A stretch of 64,000 nucleotides of DNA from Octopus vulgaris (GCA_951406725.2 OX597826.1:55800001-55864000), one strand, 5' to 3'. Shown: positions 27,495 through 43,118, counted from the stretch's first letter. Notes: a model not told the origin generated them from the letters alone. Made by a program: numbers and translations.

Positions 27495-27930
27495 CACGCA
27501 GAATCGATAGCACGCTGGGCAATAAAAGGCTTAGCAGTATTGTGTACGTCTGAACGTTCTGAGTTAAAATTTCGCCGAGGTCGACTTTACATTTCATTAT
27601 TTTGGGGTCCATAAAATAAGTACCACTTAATAACTGTTGTCGATGTAACCGACTTTACCCTCCTTCGAAATGTATGGCTTTGTGACAAAAGTTGTAACTA
27701 ATATTTATCGAGTCAAAAGCAGCGAGCTAACATAGTCGTTAGCATGCCAGGCAAAACGCTTAGCAGTATTTCGTCTGTCTTTACGTTCTGGGTTCAAATT
27801 CCAACGAGTTCGACTTTGTCTTTCATTCTTTCAGGGTCGATAAATTAAGTACCAGTTTGGCACTGGGGTCGATATAATCGACTAACCCTCCCCCGAAATT
27901 ACTGGCTTTATACCGAAATTTGAAAATCAA
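27495..27930 (+). mobile_element. Two older family B copies in tandem
   Basis: Diverged head plus Meta-like block, twice. Confidence 0.75.
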
Positions 27931-28429
27931 TATTTTCCAAACCGAACCAGCTTTACACGATATATGACGAGTTTGAATCATTCAATCACAAGGCTTGCAT
28001 AAAGTTTCTGCCAACAAAATCTCATTCATATCATTTATGTCGACCCGAGGAAATGGTAAAAGCTCTTGATCCGAAATACCATGAAATCCGATCGAACCCT
28101 CGAACTCCTAATTACAAAATGGACCTTTTTTTTTACCACTCAGCCATGTCTCACTTTATAGTCAATAAAATAACCACAGACTTCCATAGATTTTCCATCA
28201 AGAGAACATCATTCACAACACTTGTGTCTACCCAATATTAAAGTAAAACCACTTGATATCAATTACCATGAATGGGATCGATGCTGGTGCCATCGTGATT
28301 GCGATGCGAACTTTTGTACTTATCAAACACGTCTATAAGCAATAAGAAAGACCACAGGCTTCTAAATACTTTCCGTCTGCAGAATTTTATTCCCAACATT
28401 TATGTCGATCCGAGACAATGATAAAACTC

Positions 28430-28600
28430 TTGATTTATCTCCCTGCTAGCGATATAAACAAGAGTGCATAAAGTACCAAAAGCAAATATGAGAGTTTCTC
28501 TCATGGTATCTACCGCAGTATATATTGTTCTAATACACCACTACGTTAAAGTGGGGATAAATAATACCTCATGGCATTAATACAGCCTCTTTCACTTATG
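28430..28600. mobile_element. Fragment of the repeat also seen at 29150-29295 and 56138-56285 (distal part of the Tc1/mariner remnant)
   Basis: Shared AGC(G/A)ATATAAA..GTGCA..ACCAAAA..ATGAGA..TCATGGT.TCTACCGCAGTA. Confidence 0.6.
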
Positions 28601-28815
28601 CATATTTTTTTAACAAGTTCACTTACTAATCGCGACGCCAGTGCCTGTTCTGGCACTGTTATTCTATATCTGCTACCTCTCGAACGTTCTTCACAATACT
28701 GCTAAGCCTTTTGCCACCCAGCGTGCTATCAATTGTACCAGCATGCCTCTTTTGACTTGATAAATATTACGGGAAGTTTACATGAGTCTATGGACTATTT
28801 AACCACACATGCATA

Positions 28816-28887
28816 AAATTAAGTTATACGTGTAGTTAGCCGAACAACTGGTTGCACGTCGACGAAACCAATAGAGAATGCATAATA
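28816..28887. repeat. Right arm of the 72-bp long-range inverted repeat
   Basis: See 26831-26902. Confidence 0.9.
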
Positions 28888-28892
28888 TTAGT

Positions 28893-28938
<46 letters not shown>

Positions 28939-29082
28939 GAGAGAGCAAAGAGATGGCTGAAGACAAACGAGTGTGGTCTTCGTAATTTTGTACCCATTAA
29001 TTATTTATTTTTGTTGGTTATTTTATATTTCGTCTTCTCAGAACAAAAGTTATTAAACGTAAATACTTGATGTTTTTTACAG

Positions 29083-29109
29083 GTCCTGTACAACGAATGT
29101 CAAAATCAG
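29083..29109 (+). other. Candidate 27-nt frame-preserving microexon (VLYNECQNQ in phase 0, or GPVQRMSKS in phase 1)
   Basis: TGTTTTTTACAG | GTCCTGTACAACGAATGTCAAAATCAG | GTAGGT. Confidence 0.4.
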
Positions 29110-29604
29110 GTAGGTGGATGGTCTCATTGCTGGAGGTGGTAAGGATTTACCTCGCCACCAGCAATATAAAGAAGAGTGCATTTTGCACCAAAAGTCAATA
29201 TGAGAGATTCTCTCATGCTATTTACGGCAGTATAGTTTGTTCCGACAGAACATCCACGTTTAAGCGGAGATAAGTATTACCTCATGGTATTTAGTAGAAG
29301 AACATCAATTTTGGGGAGGGGATGAGGTGTTCAGATCGTACTTATTTTATCGACCCAAGAAGGATGAAATTTGAACAAAGAACATTTTGCCCAAAGAACA
29401 TTTCGCCGCCCTAAGGTGGGTCCAAATACTGATTTCAAATTTTGGTACAAGGCCAGCAATTTCGTAGGAAGGAATGAGTCGATAATATCGACACCAGTGT
29501 TGAACTGGCACTTATTTTATCGACTCCGAGAGGATAAAAGGTAAAGTCGACTACGGGAATACGGATGAAAAATGTCGCTAAAAATTTTGCCCGGGGTGCT
29601 TACG

Positions 29605-30032
29605 TTTCTTATTTCTTTACTGCCCACAAGGGGATACATATAGAGGGGACAAACAAGAAGAGACAAACAGATTAAGTCGATTACATCGACCCCAGTGCGT
29701 AACTGGTACTTATTTAATCGACCCCGAAAGGATGAAAGGCAAAGTCGACCTCGGCGGAATTTGAACTCAGAACATAGCAGTAGACGAAATACCTATGTCT
29801 ATTTCTTTACTACCCACAAGGGGCTAAACACAGAGGAGACAAACAAGGAGAGACGGACGGATTAAGTCGATTACATCGACCCCAGTGCGTAACTGGTGCT
29901 TATTTAATCGACCCCGAAAGGATGAAAGGCAAAGTCGACCTCGGCGGAATTTGAACTCAGAACGTAACGGCAGACGAAATACGGCTACGCATTTCGCCCG
30001 GCGTGCTAACGTTTCTGCCAGCTCGCCGCCTT
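29605..30032 (-). mobile_element. SINE family B dimer, with older B fragments at 29300-29605
   Basis: Head GGCGGCGAGCTGGCAGAAACGTTAGCACGCCGGGCG and two Meta-like units. Confidence 0.92.
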
Positions 30033-30518
30033 TAGTCGGGGAGGGGGGATAAATATTACCATTCGATTCCAGATAGCATGCACTGCGATCGAACCCTGGA
30101 ACTCCTGATTGCAAAGCCACCGTCTTTGCCCCTCACCCACGTCTATCTATATATGCAATAAAATAACCTTTCTCATTCTTTGTTGTTTTTGCTTCTTTTT
30201 TTTTTATCTCCCTCCTGATGTCTGCTCCGGTACGTTCATTATTGCTACTGTTAGTGTGCTCTCTGTACGATTATTGATAGCTATGGCTTCTCTCTCTTTT
30301 ATTGACCGGAACTGGTCTGCAGCGTCAACAAACAAACAAACAAACAAGGAACCCTTTGCCCACTGACGACAATCAAGCTGCAATTTATATACAATAACAA
30401 ATGTCAAAATCAACCAAAAAAAAAAAGCCTAATAATAATAATGATAATAATATTAATAACACATTACAACCGAGAGAAAAAAAAAAACCTTCACATCTTC
30501 ATGGACTGCTAATGACTT

Positions 30519-31085
<567 letters not shown>

Positions 31086-31951
31086 CGTTCGCTCTCTCAT
31101 GGCTGTCTCTTGTCTCTCGCCTACTCTGTCATTTTCTTGCTTTCATTCTTTCTTTCCTTCTCGCATTTATTCTTTTATTTGTTTGGAGGTTTTTTTTTTC
31201 TTATGATATTCTTATTTTTATTTCTATTATTTTTATGTTCTTTTATTATCAATGTGCTGATCATTGATTATTGATTTCTGCTGATCACGAGGCAATCCTG
31301 ATTTGCATTCGCTGTCCGTAGCGCTCAGGAAACAATTTCCTCTTCACCCAAAATGTTACCATCGATTCCTCTGTAACTCTCTTATTCCTGTATTTGTTTA
31401 TTTATTCGTTTTTTTTTTCTTTCTATATTTATCATTATATATATTTTTTTTGCCTTTAGCTTTTCCATTTCTTTTTTGTATTTTTATTTTGTTTTTATTT
31501 TATTTCGTTTCGGCATTCATGCTGTGTATTTATTTATTTATTTTCGAGAAAAACAAGAAAAAATGTATTCAGAGACATGTTTTGATATAGAAATTTGCAT
31601 TTTTAACCGAAAAAAAAAAAATATCATAATACTTTTGTTTTGAGTGTTGCTTGTTGTTTGTGTTGGTTGCCTGCTTGGTTGGTTCGTAGGTTGGTTTTGG
31701 TAGAATTTTTATTTTATTTTGTATTTTGTTTTTCTTTTTATTATTTTTGTTTTGGTTGGCTTTGTACTTTTTGCATTTTTTTTTCAAAGAATTCTATTAG
31801 TTTAATTCTTGCGTGCAGCTAATGTCTAATTCATTGTTGGAACATCATTAGTTCTTGGTGATCTTCGTGTGATGCAGGGGTTAAAACAAATACTGAAGTA
31901 TGTATGTATATATGTATGGATGTATATATATGTATACATACATATATATAA

Positions 31952-31982
<31 letters not shown>

Positions 31983-32096
31983 CTGACATCCATATATAAA
32001 CATATATACATAATATATGTGTATACATAAATATATATACATATATATATATCGATATCCATACACAAATATATATATATGTATGTATGTGTATAT

Positions 32097-32133
<37 letters not shown>

Positions 32134-32980
32134 TAAAAATTATATATGATATATGTACATATATAAAATATGTATACACAAAATCTATCTATATATATTA
32201 TATATATACATGCATTTATATTATATTATATTATATATATATATATATATATATGTAAATATATGTGCATACATCGCACATGCGTGTATATATAAATATA
32301 TGTGAGTGTTTGTGTGTCTGTTTGCCTTTTGTATGTAAATATGGATGAGGACAGACAGAAAAATATACATAAATATATAAAATAACTGAATAAGCAGTGT
32401 CATTGGTCATACACAAAAACACATGCTAAAAAGCAACCCATAATAGGAAGTGGCTTAAGGATGAGACGTAATGAGCACTTGAGTCTTTTGAGGTTATATA
32501 CTTGGATGTTAATCTCTGACTTAGGACGCTCAGAACTCGCCACCTTTAATAAGGGCATCTACATCGATGGGTGTGTCTGAATGAATGCTTAAGAGTGGGT
32601 AGGCGTGTGATAATTGCCTGAAGTCATAAGAAAAATTCATTAATATAGAGAAAAGAAGGCGAAGGAAGGATTACACGGAGAAAATATCTTCCATTATGAT
32701 TATACTTCCTGGTTAACGAAAGTGATATGGCGGTGTCGAAATATCTAGTTTTAGAATAATTATTGAGTATATATACTCCTGCACTTGTTTCAGTCATTTT
32801 GACTGCGGCCATGCTGGAGCACCACCTTTAGTCGAGCAAATCAACCCCTGGACCCATTCTTTGAAAGTCCAGCACCCATTCCATCGACCTCCTTTGCTGA
32901 ACCGCCAGGCTACAGGGATGTAAACACACCAGCATTGGTTGTCAAGCTTTGGGGGTGGGACAAACACAGATTCAAAGACA

Positions 32981-33018
<38 letters not shown>

Positions 33019-33356
33019 TGAGTTTGGTGGGATATATTATCCGGGCAAATACCGTATTAGCTGTCAGTTTAGTTCCAGTAAAGTGTTAACTACCACGATC
33101 ACTGTTTAACGTCTGGGACTACAAGTTGTTGGTAGTCACTTCGTGAATTCTTCCGATGGGTAATTCCATGTACGCTTCATTGACCGGTAAAAATTATGTG
33201 GAGTATATAATATTATTAATAATAAAGTGTATGGAGACTCGTACATCCACATAATTTATCTTATAGTTACATACAACTTATTATAATGACCTATAAGGAT
33301 ATGCTGTATAAGTCCCCACACTCTTCATCATTATACATATATATATATATATAAAT

Positions 33357-33454
<98 letters not shown>

Positions 33455-33596
33455 AGGAACAAGTAATTGTGTTAACGTAAATAGAGCTGGCTAGCTTACA
33501 CTGGCAGAGAGTCATATTACTTGATTTCATTTCATTATATACATATATATAATTTTTTCCTTCTGTGTTGGTATTATTATTATTATTATTATTATA

Positions 33597-33662
<66 letters not shown>

Positions 33663-33989
33663 GTTGTTGTTGTATATATATTATTGTTTTAGCGTATCTT
33701 TGTTTTTGTCCTTGAATACATTCATTAGCTTTTCCCTGAAGCATAATGCTTTGGTCCTGCCAAGATTGAGCAATGCCAATAGTAAAAAGCGCGAAGCCAC
33801 TATGATAATTTGGGTCCACAAATCAGCTACGAATGTTCCGTGTATCGTGCTTTTGCTTAGTTTTCCGTCTGTTAAGTTTTCGTCTAGTTTTCCGTATGTT
33901 CGGCTTTCGTGTAATTTTTCTCTTCTTTTTTCGCTTTGTTGTTTTCTTTCTGTTCAACTCATGAGATATTCTTTTATTTTTTTTTTTTA

Positions 33990-34195
33990 TTCGTTTCAGT
34001 CATTTGACTGCGGCCATTCTGGAGCACCGCCTTTAGTCGAACAGATCGACACCAGGATTTATTCTTTGTAAGCCTAATACTTATTCTATCGTTCTCTTTT
34101 GCCGAACCGCTAAGTTACGGGGACAAGAACATACCAACACCGGTTGTCAAGCGATGGTGAGGGGACAAAAACACTGACACACAGAAATTCATACG

Positions 34196-34262
<67 letters not shown>

Positions 34263-34276
34263 ATATATGCATATAG

Positions 34277-34322
<46 letters not shown>

Positions 34323-34481
34323 CGGCCGACATCTTTCAGTTTCCGTCTACCAAATCCACTCACAAGGCTTTGGTCGGCCCAAGGCTACAGTAGAAGACAC
34401 TTGCCGAAGGTCCCACGCAGTGGGACTGAACCCGAAACCCTGTGGTTGGTAAGCAAGCTACTTACCACACACCCACTCCTG

Positions 34482-34483
<2 letters not shown>
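33990..34483 (-). mobile_element. SINE family A, full length
   Basis: Consensus body with internal (TA)/(TG) tract. Confidence 0.9.
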
Positions 34484-34512
<29 letters not shown>

Positions 34513-36116
34513 TTCAGCAACGATGTAGGTTGGATGTACCGATGTTATCTTCAATCAGAACGTCACGTGTTCACACATAAAAAATTATGCGTCACACACA
34601 AAATTAAAGTATACAAACTTGTCAATAAAATGAAGAAATTCTGAAATACACCATTAAAAACATTAAAAACACCTTTATGGAGGTAAACATCTTGACATTT
34701 TATAGTCACATGGAAAGTATGTTAGAAAATATCATTATGACATTAATTTGAAATGTTCAGTGTTCAAATTGTACTTAAATCAATCGAGGAAGGCCCATTA
34801 ATAACGGAAATGGAGTTATTTACTTACACTTCGATGTGTTTCAAATATGTAGGTCCTGCAAAAACATTCGCATACTAATAGCAAACGGCACTATTTTAGA
34901 AATGAAGTATTTCGAAATAAAATCAGTAGAACGAGGCAAATCGATATAAACACGTGCGTGTGTCTGTTTGAAGGCTTGGAATATGAAGTGTGAGAAAGAC
35001 GAGAAGACATGCTGTAGAAAGCAAAACATAAGTAAAGCGCGATGACGAAAAATGAAGATTTAAGGACGAATAGTGGCGGAGAAGAGGGAAGTCTCACGAA
35101 AAGAATGTACACGGAAAATAGGACAGAACAAGTAGAAATTACAAACGAGATGGTAAAAGAAACCATCGTCAGGCCTTAACTGAGTAGTATGGTGACCAAC
35201 ATTTGTGAGGTACAATACTGCGTTCAGCGGTATTTAGTAGCTACAGTTGCATGCTGTAGAGCAATACGATGAAATATAAAGAGAATCGGAATGAAAAAAA
35301 TATGACAAGTGAATGGTCTTTCGAGTACAAAAGGGAATAGACGAGAGAATGTAAATAGTTTTAAGCCTCAGAGAGAATAAAACTGTGCAAGAATTTAAAG
35401 TAAAAAAATATATAGATATAGAAAAGTCTTTCCTATGAACAGAGTGTGGAAATGTCAGCCGGACAGTTCAAGTGAGGAATTAGAATTACAGAAAAATCGA
35501 GCGAGGGAGGAAGAAGAGAGAGAAGTAAACATTTTTCTGGAAAGGAAAAAAAACCCAGTAGTGGCAAGCAGAAAAGGAAAAGAAAAAGAAAAGAGAGAGA
35601 CAGAGAGAGTAAGAGAAAGACAGAGAAATAAGATCGCTGACTGAATAAACAAGTGAAGAAACAGTGCTACGTTAGCCCTCAGCTAAACGCTAGCAACAAA
35701 ATGGCCAACAGCCACACGTAATTATAAATCTCAACTTCAAAATTCTATCTCTCAAAATCACCAAACATTGGGGAAGACTTCAATACAATCAGCATCTCTT
35801 CCTCAAATAATACAGAAAATAAAAAGTATAATGCAATAATTTCACAGCTAAACTTCCTTTATATCATAAACAATCTATACCCATTCACGCAATTCATGCG
35901 TCAACAAACCAACTACAACTTTTCCTGTTGCACATATTTAAGATATTACAAATACTTGCCAAGAAATTTCCCAACTTTCCTCGGAAAACCGTTCAATTAC
36001 CGTTACAAAATACCCGAACATCAAATACTCAAAATAAAATCACTTTTAAAATCTTCAATAAGAAAAAAAAAGACCAGATTAGAATAAATTCTACTAAGAG
36101 AGAACCAAAATTTTTT

Positions 36117-36360
36117 ATAGACGCTAAAGTATATACATTTACTGACATAGACACTAAAATGGGTATATATATTTACTGTCGTAGACTCTAACGTATATAT
36201 ATTCACCAACTTAGACACTGCAGTTTATATAATCACCAATATAAACACTACAGTGTATACAATAAACAACACAAACACTGTGGTATATGCATTCAACGAT
36301 ATGAATGCTGTAATATATACATTCTACATAGATATTGCAATATATACATACAACAACATA
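36117..36360. repeat. Degenerate 30-bp minisatellite, about 8 units
   Basis: Consensus approximately ATAGACACTGCAGTATATACATTCACCAAC, 30-bp period. Confidence 0.8.
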
Positions 36361-36413
36361 ATAATAGATGCATCCAAAAGACGTATCCCACAAGGCAACA
36401 TAAATATATATAC

Positions 36414-36455
<42 letters not shown>

Positions 36456-37024
36456 CCATCATTACACGCCAGAAATAGCCAATCTCATAAATAGAGTCGA
36501 CTTCAAACACAATGCACAAAAACCACATACAACTGAAATAAAAGTCAGCATCAAACAAATAAAGATGGAAATGTCAAAATAAATATATAAACCTAAGGAA
36601 AACAGAAAAACTGGTAAAGTTTCGGATCCAACGTAAGCCACAAAAACTTACAGGAAAATGCTATGAAGAGTAATTAGCAGTAACAACAACGACAATATCA
36701 ACAATTACATCGCTGTACAGTAACAACATCAGATAACGTACCCACGTAGCAACACCAAGGAAACGCTCTCTTATCAGATATTTCTGAAAAAAAAAAAAAA
36801 ACAGAAAGAAAAGCAGACTACTAAAAGCGGTAGAAAGATGAAAGGAATGTAAAGCGAAAATTACGTACCATCTACTTAGACAACGATTTTGATCAATACC
36901 TTCCACCATACATCTAAAAAGTAATAGAGAAACGAAGCAAAAACCTCAAAACTCAACGCCGAGGAGAATTACGAAGTCATGCCAAAACGTCATACGGCCT
37001 GCAGTTACCAATGTCTACAACTAT

Positions 37025-37144
37025 ATGCGTGGCACCTTGGGCAGGTGTCTTCAGCTATAGACTCTGGCTGACCAAAGTCTTCTGAGTGGATTTGGTAGAC
37101 GGAAACCAAAATAAGCCCATCGTAAATATATGTATATATATATT

Positions 37145-37203
<59 letters not shown>

Positions 37204-37615
37204 TTGTGTTTGCGTGTGTCCATTAGATCAAGTGTCGCTTGCATTGTAGTTCATGAAAGAAATCTGTAAAAGAGTCAGTCTTAGAACTAGTCTAGTTACC
37301 GTGTGTGTGTGTGTGTGTGTGTGTATTTCTGTGTCTGTGTTCGTCACCCTACCATTGATTGGCTACCGATATTTGTATGTTTACGCCCCCGTAACACAGG
37401 TTTGGCAAAAGAGACCCATAGACGTGTCCCACAAGGTAACATAATATACATATATATATATATATAAATATCCATCATTACACACCAGGTGTAGATTTGT
37501 TCGACTAAAGGCGTTGCTCCGGCATGACTACAGTAATTTATCGACCCCCAAAGGATGAACGGCAAAGTCACCTCGGTGGAATTTGAACTCATAAACAAGT
37601 AAAAGAGTAGAAGAG
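37025..37615 (+). mobile_element. SINE family A (5'-truncated) carrying a captured 98-bp segment and a family B fragment
   Basis: TGCGTGGCACCTTGGGCAGG..; internal (GT)n interrupted at 37205-37302; inverted B fragment at 37535-37590. Confidence 0.8.
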
Positions 37616-37697
<82 letters not shown>

Positions 37698-37999
37698 TAT
37701 GTATGTATGTATACATATATATACACTCACACACACACACACATATAAAAGAAAAAGTGGGATTTAAAAGTCCTGTTAATGCAATTGAAACAATTGTAGG
37801 ATTTTTAAAGTGTAATCTAAAATGAAAATATGATTTTCTTCGTACATATCATTTGTTACATATATATATATATATATATATATATACTTATATGTATATA
37901 CCTATATTGTCAAAAACCAGGGATAAATATAAGACGTACACAGAATACAAAGGAAGGTCGCAACTCCTCCACAACGTTCACAATATATGAAGAAAACAA

Positions 38000-38232
38000 A
38001 GGTGGCGAGCTGGCACAAACCTTAGCACGCCGAGCGAAATGCGTAGCCGTATTTCGTCTGCTGTTACGTTCTGAGTTCAAATTCCACCGAGGTCGACTTT
38101 GCCTTTCATCCTTTCGGGGTCGATAAATTAAGTACCAGTTATGCACTGGGGTCGATATAATCGACTTAATCCGTTTGTCTGTCCTTGTTTGTCTCCTCAG
38201 TGTTTAGCCTCTTGTGGGTAGTAAAGAAATAT
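38000..38232 (+). mobile_element. SINE family B monomer
   Basis: Consensus head, Meta-like block and tail. Confidence 0.92.
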
Positions 38233-39174
38233 ATGGTGGCCAATTGTAGAACGTGTGAGTAATATGGTTCTGTGTTCTTTTCACATTTGGGAAAGATGGA
38301 GTATATATGGTTGGAAAGTTTTTGGTCCTAAAAATTTTAATCACGGCTGACTTGGGAGGGAACAAAAGTCCAACAGCAGAGGATTTATCGAACAAAAGCG
38401 GGCTCTGTACAGAGATTGCTGTACGTCCAAAGTATCATGTTGTGTACCCTAAGCGATTCAGCCCTGAATATCCAAGAGTTCAGGGTCGTTCTCAGCAACA
38501 TAGATAGATACTGGAAGAAGAACGATGGGTCTATGTATTGCTCTTTATCTTTTTTTCCGACGACGTGTGCCATAGGATAGCTTAATCAGGATGGAAGCAA
38601 CAAAAGCATCACGAGCCAATGTGAGAATCTACACGCTTGTATTACATGCTAGAAATAGCAACAAATCTTTAAAATTACTATGTTTTGTTTTTAAAATAGA
38701 CAGGTAAAACAGTGTCTATTGTCAGATATACAAAATGGCCGATTTGTGTCAGCTGGAACACATCTCGTCATAGTTCCTTTCGACAGGTATTGACATAGAG
38801 CGAAACAACTACAACCACAACAATAACAAATGTAGAAATACTGACTATAGTGGTGCGGTGGTAGTTATGGTTGTAGTGGTGGTGGGGATCACAGTGGTGA
38901 TTGTGGCGGCGATGGCGGTAGCAATGGCGTTAGTGTTGGTCGTGGAAGTGTTTGAGGAATATATCAGGAATTCAATTTGTCACCTACACCTATTGACACC
39001 CATATTTCAAATTCCCCTCTCCGCAAACTTAGTTAATCCTTCTTAAACATTTCCCCCGACACCTGCCCCATGCTGTATACACGATAATCACCGTCACGTG
39101 ATATTAAGCGGCAAAAATAACTTCAAAATTTATTTTTCCTTTTCTTCTTTTCAAAATTGATTTTTCTTTTATTC

Positions 39175-39610
39175 TTTTCCTCATTTCAGTGATTTGACTG
39201 CGGCCATGCTGGAGCACCGCCTTTTTTGTCGAACAAATCTACCACACGACTTATTCTTTGTAAGCCTGGTACTTATTTTATCGGTTCCTTTTGCTGAATC
39301 GCTAAGTTACAGGGATGTAAATACACAAGCATCGGTTGTCAAGTGATGGTGGGGAGACACAGACACACAAATATATATATATACATACAGAGAGAGAGAT
39401 GTATATACGACGGGCTTCTTCCAGTTTCCGTTCACCAAATCCACTCACAACGCTTGGGTCGGCCCGAGGCTATAGTAGATGACACTTGCCCTAAGTGCCA
39501 TGAAGTGGGACTTAACGTGAAACCATGTGGTTGGGAAGCAAGCTTCTCGCCACACGGCCACGCCTGCGCCTACGATAAACACAACGGCCACACAGCCACA
39601 CCTGCGCCTA
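39175..39610 (-). mobile_element. SINE family A with duplicated 5' tip
   Basis: Consensus body; GCCAC.CCTGCGCCTAC occurs twice. Confidence 0.85.
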
Positions 39611-39746
39611 CCGATATACACATATCGTGTGTCTTGCTCAAATAGCTATCTTTAAGTTCTCGTGTTAACGCTATTACGCAAATACAAATATATATATTTG
39701 CACACGTAGGCATACACACAAACATACACACACACACGTATGTATG

Positions 39747-39781
<35 letters not shown>

Positions 39782-41016
39782 GCATACTTACATATACATA
39801 CGTACATAAATCTATTTTTTGTATACATATATATGTATATATGTCAAAGCATATACACATACATAGAACATACATTTTTATATACATTCCACCGTTCTTT
39901 CGTACACATGGGAAAACATTTCCATCCTTCTTTTTTTCCAAATATATTTAATCCAATCAATATTTGTCTGACATTTAAAATCTAATCTTTATTAAATGTA
40001 AACCAACTCCTAGAAAGATATTTATCAATGTACGTTATCAACGCCATGTTATATCGTTTACCAAATGATATATATTTCATTTATGGGGGTGGTTTTCTTT
40101 TTTAACATGTGTTTGCGTGTGTATTATTGTGTAGTAGTGTGCGGTTACGTGCGTTTTTGTTTGTGTTTTGTCTTTGTGTGTGCTTAAGGTTTACCTTTAG
40201 TAGGTGGCAGGGTGTCGTGTATTAATAACAAAGATATTTACACTTTAAAGACGAATGGTTTATATTGTAAACCATACAGAGTATGAATGCTTTGAATGCT
40301 TGGAAAAGAAAACTGAAAGAGTGAAGGAGGGGGGAAATAGAGACGGAGTGAGGATGGGAAAGAGACACAGAAAGGGAAGGAGAGTGAAAGAGAGACAAGG
40401 AGAGGGAACGAAAGAGAAATAAAAAAGGGGGATTTACAGTGAAGGTGGAACGAGAGGTAAGGTTTTAAAAAAATATTTACCAAATGCGATAAAAAATTGT
40501 TACTGGATGAGATAAAAACTTGTTTACTGGTTGTAAAATGTTTACTGAACGAGATAAAAAAAAAGATGTTGAAAAAGAGAAAGGGAGAAGGAGGGAGAGA
40601 GGGAGAGAAAGAATGTGAGAGATAGATAGATGGGAGTAAATGAGTAAAATGAGAGGGAGAGCAAGGGAGAGTGAGGAAGAGAGGGAGAGTAAAATAAACA
40701 TCAAGGAGGTGGTGTGTTTTTTAAAATTTGTTTATTCTTTCAGTTGTTGTTTAGCCCCAGGCCAGCACACACTGAGCAGAATTTTAGTCGAGACCATTAC
40801 GCTTATCTTTTATCTTTCATTATTGTTTTATTCAAGACTTCATGTATGTCAGGGAACTCCATTATCTTATATGTCACTACTTTATTTAAGACTGTAGCGC
40901 TTGACTTGGCTTCAGAGGTACTTGGTTGCTATTTCTAACAAGGCGAGTGCTTGTAATGACGGACCATCGTTAGATCCCTTCACGAGTTGACAGGTCAATA
41001 TTTATATAACAGAATA

Positions 41017-42000
41017 AGGCGGCGAGCTGGCAGAAACGTTAGCACACCGGGCGAAATGCGTAGCCGTATTTCGACTGCCGTTACGTTCTGAGTTCGAATT
41101 CCGCCGAGGTCGACTAAGCTTTTCATCCTTTCGGGGTCGATAAATTAAGTACCAGTTGCGCACAGTTGTCGATGTAATCGACTTAATCCGTTTGTCTGTC
41201 CTTGTTTTTTCTTTCTTTGTTTAGCCCCTTGTGAATAGTAAAGAAATAGGTATTTCGTCTGTCTTTACATTCTGTGTTCAAATTTCACCGAGATCGACTT
41301 TCCCTTTCATCATTTCGGGATCGACAAATTAACTACAAGTTTCGTAGTGAGAACGTTCTAGTTGACTAGCCCCAACTCCCCAACATTTCGGGCCTTGTGC
41401 CTAAAGTAGGAAACAATATTTACATAGCACAATAAGGCGGCGTGCTGGCAGAATCGTTAGCACGTCGGGCGAAATGGGGTAGCTGTATTTCGTCTGCCGT
41501 TACGTTCTGAGTTCAAATTCCGCCGAGGTCGACTTTGCCTTTCATCCTTTCGGAGTCGGTTAAATAAGTACCAGTTACGCACTGGGATCGATATAATCGA
41601 CTTAATCAGTTTGTCTGTCCTTGTTTGTCACCTCTGTGTTTAGCCCCTTGTAAAGAAATAGGTATTTCGTTCGCCGCTGCGTTCTGAGTTCAAATTCCGC
41701 CGAGGTCGACTTTGCATTTCATCCTTTGGGGGTCGATAATTTAAGTACCAGTCACGCACTGCGGTCGATGGAATCGACTTAATCCCTTTGTCTGTCCTTG
41801 TTTGTCCTCTCTGTTTGGCCTCTTGTGAGTAGTAAAGAAAACGGTATTTCGTCTGTCTTTGCGTTCTGAGTTCGAATTCCACCGACGTCGACTTTGCTTT
41901 TCTTCCTTTCGGTGTCGATAAATTGTGTACTGGGGTCAATGTAATTGACTGGGCAACTCTCCGAAAATTTCGGGCCTTGTGTCTAGAGTAGAGAAGAAAA
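41017..42000 (+). mobile_element. Two adjacent family B multimers (dimer 41017-41415, trimer 41435-42000)
   Basis: Two heads AATAAGGCGGCG.GCTGGCAGAA and five Meta-like units. Confidence 0.9.
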
Positions 42001-42204
42001 TTTATATAACACAATAAATCTGCTCATCACATTTTTCATTACGCTTTAATCGAATGATCTATCTATGTGTGTCTATATGAGTGTATGTGTATGTGCCTTT
42101 CCGCATCAATGTTTACGTGAGTGCGCACAGGCGTACTTCTACGTATGTTTGTACGGATATGTGAACCAATTATATCGCACATTCGAAAATTCGCTACTAT
42201 CTAA

Positions 42205-42345
<141 letters not shown>

Positions 42346-42444
42346 TCTGCATATATGTATACAGATATACATATTAATACGCACATTCATCCATAGGACA
42401 GACAAGCGTACATGCATTTATGCATACATACACACATAGATGCA

Positions 42445-42504
<60 letters not shown>

Positions 42505-42671
42505 CACACACATCATTTTCATGCATGCTGTTATACAAACATACACGTTTTCAGTTACACAAGCATGCGCACTTTCATAGAAACACGCATACATACATAC
42601 ATTCAATAAATACAAGCGTACTTTCATGCGTGCATACAGACATGCTACCATTCGTATATATATATGTATAT

Positions 42672-42718
<47 letters not shown>

Positions 42719-42991
42719 CATATATATATACATATATATATATATTCATGCATACATACATACATACATACATACATTCATACATACATACATAAATATG
42801 CAATGCTTTTCTTAAAGTTCACTCTCCTAATATCTTCACCTATATTTCAATAGAGTGAGGAGAGGGTATTTGTTTGTTAGAAAGAAGTTCTCTTTTTTAT
42901 AGCAAGAATTCAAATATTTAACAATGGAAGGTAATATAGAATTATTGCTTCTTCTACTTTCTCCCTTTTTCCACATACACACCTACACACA

Positions 42992-43042
<51 letters not shown>

Positions 43043-43076
43043 GTGCATATATATATATATGTTTATAATGTTCATA

Positions 43077-43118
<42 letters not shown>

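Noticed and set aside
35150-35180. CTGACGA hammerhead-like motif on the minus strand (also CTGATGA near 50836 and CTGAAGA near 4873 on the plus strand)
   Set aside because: No correctly placed GAAA or stems I/III.
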